A stretch of 64,000 nt of DNA, from the NCBI GenBank assembly GCA_020353515.1, contig CP070695.1, positions 839,369-903,368 of the forward strand, read 5' to 3'. Positions 27,220 to 35,329 of this stretch are shown here, piece after piece (position 1 is the first letter of the stretch; each line of letters starts with the position of its first letter). A program made the translations under genes and the position numbers. Below the pieces are notes generated by a model, which searched no databases, was not told where the DNA came from, and was given only the letters and a program-made list of their open reading frames with translations. This DNA comes from Candidatus Heimdallarchaeota archaeon (lineage in GTDB: Archaea > Asgardarchaeota > Heimdallarchaeia > Hodarchaeales > Hodarchaeaceae).

Positions 27220-27564
27220 TCAATGATTTGTTATTTGTAAATCCTTTTTCTCCTTCATCTGAGCCCTGATGATAGTTTTCCTCCCAATTCTTCTGAGAAC
27301 ATTTTCAATCCCTTCTTCCATTAACTGTTTCATCGAGTATTGAAATGTAGGTTTGATATTATAACCGTACTTTTGATCTATAAATAATATCAGGTATTTA
27401 ACAGTAAAAGAACCTAAATCCATATCAATTGTTCGTGATAGAATCCCTGCAGCAAGTCCAGATTTATCTTGTGTGCTTTGATCACATAATTCCTTGATTT
27501 TTTGCCATTGACCGAATGTTTCACCAATAATAGCCAATGACGTGACAAGTTTAGAAGAATTCAC
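27220..27564 (-). CDS. Hypothetical protein
   Basis: 114-aa ORF with GGTGA-type RBS; divergent from the gelsolin-like/GTPase pair. Confidence 0.6.
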   Translation of the reverse strand: MNSSKLVTSLAIIGETFGQWQKIKELCDQSTQDKSGLAAGILSRTIDMDLGSFTVKYLILFIDQKYGYNIKPTFQYSMKQLMEEGIENVLRRIGRKTIIRAQMKEKKDLQITNH

Positions 27565-27767
27565 TTCATCACCAATCTCTTTGATTTTTCTGTATTTACT
27601 AAATGATAATGTTTATAATTTCTTGTAGTGGAAATCATATAAATATTAATCATCAATAATTGATTTCCAAATATTTTTAATTTATCTTAAAATACTAATT
27701 CCAACATCGTTTAATAATAATGTATCTTATATAAACAAAACACAAATATCAATAGGAGCAAAGAAAC

Positions 27768-28049
27768 TTGGTTCGACTTGTGTTTAAGAATAGATCATTT
27801 ACTGAAGGTAGAGAGGAAGCTGGTGACGCTGTACTAATCTTAGACGAGGCGACTCAATCAGGAAAATTGGAATACTCTCCTGATGCTGGTTTAATCTTAC
27901 GTAGAACAGCACGTCGGCAAGCTGAGAGTATTTGTAGATCGGGATTTCAACTTGCAACAGGAAAAAGAATAGGAGCAGGATTCACTCTAACAGAAGATGA
28001 AGACAAAATTGATGACCGTCTACTCCAAGAAGGACACAAGTACCGTTAA
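27768..28049 (+). CDS. Small protein, possibly single-domain gelsolin-like (Asgard type)
   Basis: AVLILDE strand followed by the long helix GLILRRTARRQAESI and GF...RIG, resembling my recollection of Asgard gelsolin-fold domains; AGGAG RBS. Confidence 0.5.
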   Translation: MVRLVFKNRSFTEGREEAGDAVLILDEATQSGKLEYSPDAGLILRRTARRQAESICRSGFQLATGKRIGAGFTLTEDEDKIDDRLLQEGHKYR

Positions 28050-28076
28050 TCCCGATTAAAGTATAGGCAGACCTAG

Positions 28077-28616
28077 ATGCCAGCTAGCACTTCGAAAATT
28101 GTTATGTGTGGAGACTACGGGGTTGGTAAAACAACTTTTGTTAAGTTGTTTTTAGGAGGTGAAATAGGAGGAGGGTATAAACCAACAATTGGTGTGGATA
28201 TTGGTCGCAAAATTTTCGATATCGATCGTAATAGGATTACCTTCCAAATTTGGGATCTTTCTGGACAAGAATCATTTCATTCAATTAGAAAACAATTTTA
28301 TAGCAGAACTGATGGAGCAATTCTAATTTTTGATGTTTCCCGACGTACAACTTATCAAAACATTACTCGATGGACAGAAGAGTTGTTAGAAGAGACAGGA
28401 AAGATACCTATTGTGCTAGTAGGTAATAAGATCGATTTACGTGATGAGTTAACCGAATTTGTGACAACTGAAGAGGGTGAATTATTATCTAAAGTCATTT
28501 CTAGTCAAACTGGTATCAAAACTCCATTTGTAGAAGCAAGTGCAATCAAACAACAAAAAAATCTCGAACCTTTTACAATGCTTGGAAAAACCATTCTGGA
28601 GCAAAAGGAGTCATAA
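28077..28616 (+). CDS. Ras-superfamily small GTPase, Rab-like
   Basis: G1 GDYGVGKT, G2 YKPTIGVD, G3 WDLSGQ, G4 NKID, G5 EASA; no C-terminal cysteine motif. Confidence 0.95.
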   Translation: MPASTSKIVMCGDYGVGKTTFVKLFLGGEIGGGYKPTIGVDIGRKIFDIDRNRITFQIWDLSGQESFHSIRKQFYSRTDGAILIFDVSRRTTYQNITRWTEELLEETGKIPIVLVGNKIDLRDELTEFVTTEEGELLSKVISSQTGIKTPFVEASAIKQQKNLEPFTMLGKTILEQKES

Positions 28617-28765
28617 TTTTTTCTTTTTTTGACTGATCTATCAATACCATCTGATAATGACAAAAAAGTCATCTTTTATTATTACGATTAGAGTTCTAAA
28701 CAATTTTAACAGGAAAATATATTTGAATTACAGCTTAAGTTTTTGATTAACGAAAAAAAAATTGT

Positions 28766-29668
28766 GTGATTAGCATTTCTCGAATTTTGATTCTTGCAGA
28801 CATTCATGGGAATATTCAAGCTGTATCTAAATTACTTTCAATAATCAAGAAAGAACAGTGGTTAATAGATTTAATTCTAATAGCGGGGGATCTCCCAGAA
28901 ACTACACCTATCAGTTTAATGCTACAATATATCCTTTCTCATGGTAATTTATCTAAAAGTAAGTATACAAAATGGGTTTATAAAGAAGGAGGGAGAAGAA
29001 TATTTGTAAACAAGCAAATCAAGTCAGTTAAAGCCATTCTAGCTCTTTTAGCTTCACTAAAAGCTCCCATCGTTTATGTACCAGGTAATGTGGATAGTTA
29101 TGAAGCTCAAAAAGTACTTAAATCTTGGACAGCTTCAGAGGTTCATTTCTTAAATGCAAAAGTCCTCAAACTTGGATCCCTACAAATTTGGGGATTTGGA
29201 GGTACTGTATTTCCTCCTAAGAGACATAAAGAACCATTATGTGATATGGAATTTTCTCCAAATGATTTTTCATCCCAATTGAATCCATTATTCAAAATAA
29301 GTACAGACACATCTTCCCGTACCTTTAATATCCTCCTTACACATGAACCTCCTGCTTTTTGCTATAAGACTGATGAGAGAACGATTAGTGGCGGATCTGA
29401 TGAACTAACTAAGTTAATACAATATTTAAAACCGAATTTAGTGATATTTGGGCATTATCATGAATTTCCACTAATAAAAACACAAAAAGATATGATTTTT
29501 ATTAATCCTGGACCATTAACACGATATTATTTCGCTTTAGTTGAAATTAAAGAGAATCTAGTTACAAAAAGTATCAAGAAAATGAACTCTGTCGCATGGG
29601 ACTTCAAGAATATGATTTATTCAACTCGATTCCAACAATATAAAGAACTCAGATTTACAGAGTTCTAA
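28766..29668 (+). CDS. Calcineurin-like metallophosphoesterase
   Basis: ADIHG, AGD, PGNVD, THEPP, GHYHE, INPG. Confidence 0.9.
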   Translation: MISISRILILADIHGNIQAVSKLLSIIKKEQWLIDLILIAGDLPETTPISLMLQYILSHGNLSKSKYTKWVYKEGGRRIFVNKQIKSVKAILALLASLKAPIVYVPGNVDSYEAQKVLKSWTASEVHFLNAKVLKLGSLQIWGFGGTVFPPKRHKEPLCDMEFSPNDFSSQLNPLFKISTDTSSRTFNILLTHEPPAFCYKTDERTISGGSDELTKLIQYLKPNLVIFGHYHEFPLIKTQKDMIFINPGPLTRYYFALVEIKENLVTKSIKKMNSVAWDFKNMIYSTRFQQYKELRFTEF

Positions 29669-29690
29669 AAAAAGATAGATAGGGGTTAGG

Positions 29691-30479
29691 TTAAATCCGA
29701 ACAGTTGTTTCCAACCGAATACCTTTCTTATCTATCGTCATAGGAACAGAAATTGGTAACAGGGTACTCTTCCAAGATTTCTGAACTGAGAAATTAATTG
29801 ATATTTTTCCCCCACCAACTCTACCAAACGAGATATCAAATACGAAATCAGCTAAATGAGAAGCGAGAACTTCAATAGAGGAGCCATGCAGATTCTTTAC
29901 CATAAGAATAAAGTGAATCCCTGATCCTCGTTGCCTTACAATGTGTTTCAGCGTTTCAATGGCAATAGATACGCTTTCCATGGAATTACTACGGATCATT
30001 GAGGAAATTGTGTGTATACATGTACTCACATTATCATACTCAATAATTGTAGGTACAAAAACTCTTGAAAAATAACGTAACGAATCTTGAGCGTAATCGG
30101 AACCAAAATCCACACCAGGTAAAGATTGTAGACCAATGACAGCTCCTTCAGCAGCAATTCTAGCGGTAAAGGCGTCCATAAATTGCCACTTTTCACCAGC
30201 TACCACAAAAGGTTGAATATTAAAATCATAGATTCCCATTTCTTCAATTATTTCGTGTGGTCTCCCATCGTATGATAAATAGACCACTTTTTCTGTTGCT
30301 TTTGATTTTAATGTTGAAAAAAGGATTTGCTGGGCAAATAATTCAAATTTTGTACCTGGTTCTCCCAATACTAGAATTACACTTTTATCAGGGAGTCCAG
30401 GATTATCCTCTCCTCCTAAGAATAGGTCTAAAGATTTGACACCTGTACGAAGTATCTTATTCGTTTCCAAAGTCTTCAC
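29691..30479 (-). CDS. KaiC/RecA-superfamily single-domain protein with degenerate ATPase motifs
   Basis: TGVKSLDLFLGG, Walker A eroded to GEPGTKFE, Walker B to CIHTIS, HLADFVF. Confidence 0.8.
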   Translation of the reverse strand: MKTLETNKILRTGVKSLDLFLGGEDNPGLPDKSVILVLGEPGTKFELFAQQILFSTLKSKATEKVVYLSYDGRPHEIIEEMGIYDFNIQPFVVAGEKWQFMDAFTARIAAEGAVIGLQSLPGVDFGSDYAQDSLRYFSRVFVPTIIEYDNVSTCIHTISSMIRSNSMESVSIAIETLKHIVRQRGSGIHFILMVKNLHGSSIEVLASHLADFVFDISFGRVGGGKISINFSVQKSWKSTLLPISVPMTIDKKGIRLETTVRI

Positions 30480-30765
30480 ATCTCCAATTGATCAATACCT
30501 TTTTTACTGTCAGTTCTATCCTCTACACGCTTTAAATCTCTATTTAATACAATAGCTGCTTATTTAGCTGAATTCACACAGTTTTCTTCTAATTTTATGT
30601 GGTAAATTTCAAATGTACAAATTAATCATTTCTTTTATTACCCTAGTATTTTAAATAATTCTAGGTTACTGTGAATATTTGAGAGATTCAACTGAATATA
30701 ATTTATAATTTTCTCACATTAAAATGATAACGAAATATATTTGTAAGAATTAAGAAACTACATTT

Positions 30766-31572
30766 GTGCGGTTACTTATGTACGACGTTGATCCTCTAGC
30801 CCTTCCTTTTGAATTCAAAGGATTTGGCCCCAAAAGTGAAATTGGGTGTCTACTCCTCCATTCGTTCACAGCAAGTCCAAGTGAAGTTCGACCTTTAGGA
30901 GTCTTCTTGAGAAATTGTGGGTATTCAGGTATTGCTCCATTATTACCTGGACATGGGAGTGTGCCAGAGGAGTTAAGACAAACCACATGGTTAGATTGGT
31001 ATTCTAACGCGAGAGAAGGACTTTTCTACTTAATCCAGAATTATACTAAAATTGTTGTTATTGGGGTTGCATTAGGATCAGTACTGGCAACAATGTTAGC
31101 AGCTTCTCCAGAAAGAGATCAAATTGGTGGAGTAATTCTTATATCCCCCAGTCAGCATCCTCCTTCTACATTGGTCAAAACAGTATTACCATTTCTGAAA
31201 TATATCAAGAAAAGTTTCACTACAATTTCTGATGAAGAAGCTGGAATAATTAAGGTTCTAGATGAAGAAAGAGGACAATTTTACTATTCTAAAAGACCAA
31301 CTGAATCTTTAATTGAACTTTATAGAGTCATTGGGTTCACAAATCGTCGTTTATCTCTCATTACTCAACCTACATTAATAATTCATAATGAAAATGATAG
31401 TTTATCCCCTGATTTTATTCTTGATAATCTTATAAATTGTCCCTATAAAGAAAGGTGGACTCATGAGAAGAGAGCTCGTTGGTTCTTTTACTCAGAGGAA
31501 GCTCAATCGGCTTTTGAAAAAATAGACAATTTTATAGAGACACATTGTTTCAAAGAACTAAACACTGAATAA
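30766..31572 (+). CDS. Alpha/beta-hydrolase fold protein (carboxylesterase-like), catalytic Ser apparently lost
   Basis: LLLHSFTAS, PLLPGHG, TWLDWY, ITQPTLIIH; nucleophile elbow reads GVALG rather than GxSxG. Confidence 0.8.
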   Translation: MRLLMYDVDPLALPFEFKGFGPKSEIGCLLLHSFTASPSEVRPLGVFLRNCGYSGIAPLLPGHGSVPEELRQTTWLDWYSNAREGLFYLIQNYTKIVVIGVALGSVLATMLAASPERDQIGGVILISPSQHPPSTLVKTVLPFLKYIKKSFTTISDEEAGIIKVLDEERGQFYYSKRPTESLIELYRVIGFTNRRLSLITQPTLIIHNENDSLSPDFILDNLINCPYKERWTHEKRARWFFYSEEAQSAFEKIDNFIETHCFKELNTE

Positions 31573-31602
31573 TTAATCATGTGGCTACGCTGAATTTGGT
31601 AA

Positions 31603-33228
31603 TTATCTGAACCTTTTTGGCACAATCCGATATAGTAAGCTCGCAATAGGAGCACCTATTCGGATGGTGATCCAAAAAGGAAGAATTGGAAAGAATCGAG
31701 GTATCCATGCCCCCCATACCTTACCAGGATTAAATATACCATAGGGATCGATCTCCTTCTCAAGCAATTTCATTTTACTCAATTGTTTTTGGAATATTAA
31801 GCTTGAATAAGGACTAAACCAAATGCCACTACTATATGGCTTCCCTTTCCAATGACGAGCGATTTGAATTATATCAAAGGTCCTTATCCAATGAAAAGTA
31901 TACGGTAAAGAACCGAATATAGGTACAGATTTTTGTCTTATATCTGCAGGAAACCAAACAAATAATATGCAAAAGCCATCAGAAGCTGATACAAGTTCAA
32001 TCGCATATAATTTCCTTTCATAACGTTTTGTTAAAGCCTCAATGATCTCATGTAAATGAATAGTAGGAACTAGGACTTCTGCAACTATCAAAGAAGGACC
32101 TTCGCGTTTTAATCTAATTGTTTGAAAACGTTCATCCCAAAATCTCTTACTCAAGTCATCTGATAATTCAGAAAGCTCGAACTTTTGGGTAACCTCATCA
32201 AAATCTCCATTATGCCAGTTTTTCTCCAGAAAACTCATGGAAATAATCCCACCAGCATATTCTTGGGATTGCCAAGCAGAAATATTGCCTGAACTCTTCC
32301 ACAGTAGATTTTGATGATCATCAAATCGTAAGAAGAAAGGTTGGAGATCTTGATAAGCTGAGATTGCTTTAAGTAACTGGTCTTGATGAAAGGATGAAAC
32401 AGCTCTATGAACCATATCAGAGAGGTTCCTAACTTTTAATGTAACCTTCCAAAGGATTCCTAACTTTCCACAACTACCAATAAAGACATCTGGATTCACT
32501 TGGACTTCTTTTCCCTGTGTTCCAAGAATTACTGTACTCACAACACTATTATTTACACTACCGAATTTAGTTGATCCAACTCCATATCCCCCTTGGGCTA
32601 CCCAGCCACCAACAGTTGACGATGGACCTGAGGAAGGATATGATTTTAAAGTCAAATTTATAGTTTCTAAATGTTTACGAAGATTCTCCCAAGTAATACC
32701 ACATTCTACTTCAACAGTATGATTTTCCTCATCTATTGCAATGACTTTATCGAAATTTGTAAGCAAAACAATTATCCCATTTTTTATAGGCACTGTTCCT
32801 CCATATCCAGAAGTTCCTGCTCCACGAGGGATTAGGGGAATTCGGTACTGTTCACAAAGATCAATAATTGATCGTAATTCGCTGATGTCTTTTGGTTGTA
32901 ACACTGCGAGACAGTTTAAATTGAATAAAAGACGTATAATCTTAGGAATATCGCCAATGTCTCTACTATAAAGTAGTCGCTCATATTTTTTTCTGAAAAC
33001 AATCATTCCTGCATCTTGGAAGGTATTGAGCTTAATATGAATCTGTTTCCGTTGTTTTTTCAGCGTTAGAAAGTAAATTAGCAATATACTAAAGCTTAGA
33101 ATTACTAAAGCTACCCCAACAAACTGATATTCCTGATTTGGATGTAATTCTGGCAGAGCGAAGAAATATATCGATATGGTAACCAAAAAGAAGACAAACC
33201 ACATGAAAAGTCTATCGTAAGTACGCAA
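31603..33228 (-). CDS. FAD-binding oxidoreductase (GlcD/FAD_binding_4 family) with N-terminal transmembrane helices
   Basis: PRGAGTSGYGG, YPSSGPSSTVGG, GKLGI, DPYGIFNPGK; two hydrophobic N-terminal segments. Confidence 0.85.
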   Translation of the reverse strand: MRTYDRLFMWFVFFLVTISIYFFALPELHPNQEYQFVGVALVILSFSILLIYFLTLKKQRKQIHIKLNTFQDAGMIVFRKKYERLLYSRDIGDIPKIIRLLFNLNCLAVLQPKDISELRSIIDLCEQYRIPLIPRGAGTSGYGGTVPIKNGIIVLLTNFDKVIAIDEENHTVEVECGITWENLRKHLETINLTLKSYPSSGPSSTVGGWVAQGGYGVGSTKFGSVNNSVVSTVILGTQGKEVQVNPDVFIGSCGKLGILWKVTLKVRNLSDMVHRAVSSFHQDQLLKAISAYQDLQPFFLRFDDHQNLLWKSSGNISAWQSQEYAGGIISMSFLEKNWHNGDFDEVTQKFELSELSDDLSKRFWDERFQTIRLKREGPSLIVAEVLVPTIHLHEIIEALTKRYERKLYAIELVSASDGFCILFVWFPADIRQKSVPIFGSLPYTFHWIRTFDIIQIARHWKGKPYSSGIWFSPYSSLIFQKQLSKMKLLEKEIDPYGIFNPGKVWGAWIPRFFPILPFWITIRIGAPIASLLYRIVPKRFR

Positions 33229-33393
33229 TGAGCCTTCACTCCTCTGAGAGCAAATATAAATACCATATGACTAATTCAGAATCAATATACTTATTTTCGA
33301 TTCTTTTAGAAAGAGACTTAAAAAAACATTTGATAACCACTTAATTTGAGTTGATTATGCAATAAATTGTCAGTAATTTTTGTAGATAATTAG

Positions 33394-34065
33394 TTGAGGA
33401 AAGGTATGAGGAAAGACGTGATAAAATACGTTATGTTTGATTTCGATGGAACCATTGTTGATTCAATGCCATTCCTTGAAAATAACGCAGTTTATCTCTT
33501 AACAAATCAATATGATTTTTCTGAAGAAGAAGCTCAAAAAATATACCGGGAAACAACGGGACTCCCCTTTCTTCAACAAATGGAAATAATTGCTCCTGGA
33601 GAGGATAATAGTCAAATAATTAATAAATTTGAAAAAATGAAAATTGAACGAATTTATGAACAAAAACTCTTTGCTGATTCGTATAAGGTACTCGAAGAAT
33701 TGAAAGAGCTGGAATATTTGTTAGGAATATCAAGTGGTACAATTGAGGCCATAATAGTCAAGTATCTGTATAAGCAAGGGTTAACCATTGTTGATGACAT
33801 ACTTGGCTGGCGTCCTGGCTTTGAGAAAGGCAAAGATCATTTTAATTTTGTAAAATCGAAATATAAGTTATCTAGCTCTAATATCGCATTTATTGGTGAT
33901 TCCCTGAATGATGCTCGGAGAGCTAAAGCAGAGAACATATTTTTTATTGGAAAAGAAGGAATGTTCCAAACCAAGCATTTTCAAAAGATTATTAGAGAAA
34001 CCCCAGTTATTTCATCTTTGAAGGAAGTAAAAGAAATCCTCGAAACATGTGAGAATGAGAAATGA
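33394..34065 (+). CDS. HAD-superfamily hydrolase
   Basis: FDFDGTIVDS, ISS, K, FIGDSLND. Confidence 0.92.
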   Translation: MRKGMRKDVIKYVMFDFDGTIVDSMPFLENNAVYLLTNQYDFSEEEAQKIYRETTGLPFLQQMEIIAPGEDNSQIINKFEKMKIERIYEQKLFADSYKVLEELKELEYLLGISSGTIEAIIVKYLYKQGLTIVDDILGWRPGFEKGKDHFNFVKSKYKLSSSNIAFIGDSLNDARRAKAENIFFIGKEGMFQTKHFQKIIRETPVISSLKEVKEILETCENEK

Positions 34066-34490
34066 ATCTTAATTCCAAATATGTAACTGGACTTCTTGTT
34101 ATCGTTGTAGCAAGTATTGGACTGTTTTCCCCTATAGGGATGATCTTTGGGTCTCTAATCCTAGATGATAGTGCTTTATTTGCCTTCCCTTATCTTGTAT
34201 TAGGAGTTGTCACAATAGTGGTCGGGATCTTATTTCTCATCCTTCTATTCTCTCCTGAGCGAATTAGAGGATTTAAAGCTGAATATGAAGCCTCCCCTGA
34301 TTTGACACATTTTACTGTGGTTAAAACTTTTCCGAAAAGGGGACCTGAATTACCAGAAATTCCCGAAGTCGGATATTGTAGTGCTTGTGGGAAAAAAGTC
34401 TTCAAACCATTTCAATGCTCTACATGTGGTCAAATTCTTTGTGGAAAGCATTATCTCCCAGGAAGTCATACATGTATAGAGGAGAGTTAA
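34062..34490 (+). CDS. Membrane-anchored AN1-type zinc-finger protein
   Basis: Two TM helices then CSACGKKVFKPFQCSTCGQILCGKHYLPGSHTC. Confidence 0.85.
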   Translation: MNLNSKYVTGLLVIVVASIGLFSPIGMIFGSLILDDSALFAFPYLVLGVVTIVVGILFLILLFSPERIRGFKAEYEASPDLTHFTVVKTFPKRGPELPEIPEVGYCSACGKKVFKPFQCSTCGQILCGKHYLPGSHTCIEES

Positions 34491-35174
34491 ATGACTCAAA
34501 AACCTGACTGGGAACAAGATTTCACCAAAAAAACCATTCTAGATAGACTCCATCTCTCTGTTCAAGAAATCTCTGAATTAGGAATTGGCTGGATAATCAC
34601 TAGTGTTGTTATTCTCTTTCTATATGGGCTGATTGGTGAGATTCTTCAGACTGGAAGAATTCCTGATACAATATTGATTTTTCTGTTTATCTGGGGGATT
34701 AGTTTTTTTGCTCATGAATTGTCTCATAAATTTATTGCAATCAGATATGGTGCAAGAGCTTACTACAAACTTAGTAAAGAGGCCCTTATATTTACATTAG
34801 TAAGCGTTATAATTGGTTTCCCGATTTTAGCAACAGGGGCTGTTTTTTGGTGGGGAGAGGCCACTGCTTCTCCAGGTATTCGGGGTAGAGTGTCTGCATC
34901 AGGACCAATAATAAACTTTGTACTTGCAGGGATATTTCTTTTTCTAGAGGGAATAGGAATATTAATTGAAATTCCTATACTCATACTAATCGGGGCTGTA
35001 GGTGTTTGGTTAAATGTTTTTATTGGAGTGTTTAATCTCCTCCCCATTGGGGTTCTAGATGGAGCAAAAGTACTCGCCTGGGATCCCAAAATATGGATAT
35101 CATTAATTGGGAGTTTACTAGTAATTGGTTTTTTTGGAGAAGGATTTATCCCCTTCCTTGGTTCTTTCTTATAA
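34491..35174 (+). CDS. Site-2 protease (M50 intramembrane metalloprotease)
   Basis: HELSH, SGPIIN, FNLLPIGVLDG. Confidence 0.92.
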   Translation: MTQKPDWEQDFTKKTILDRLHLSVQEISELGIGWIITSVVILFLYGLIGEILQTGRIPDTILIFLFIWGISFFAHELSHKFIAIRYGARAYYKLSKEALIFTLVSVIIGFPILATGAVFWWGEATASPGIRGRVSASGPIINFVLAGIFLFLEGIGILIEIPILILIGAVGVWLNVFIGVFNLLPIGVLDGAKVLAWDPKIWISLIGSLLVIGFFGEGFIPFLGSFL

Positions 35175-35196
35175 GACGAGAATTTAAAATCTACTG

Positions 35197-35286
35197 TTAC
35201 TGAATTGGCGGAAATAAATCTCCCAGACATGATGATAGCATGAAAGTAATGATGGCATTTAGATTGATGCTATCCATCCCCGCCAT
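35197..35286 (-). repeat. Diverged direct-repeat copy of the last 30 codons of the regulator gene (38764-38853)
   Basis: Translates to MAGMDSINLNAIITFMLSSCLGDLFPPIQ* versus PAGIDSINLNSVITFMLSSRLGDIFPPIQ*; 73/87 nt identical by hand alignment, no gaps. Confidence 0.9.
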
Positions 35287-35329
35287 TTTACAATTCAAAA
35301 AAAAAAAAGAAAGAGAGGGAAAGAATCGT

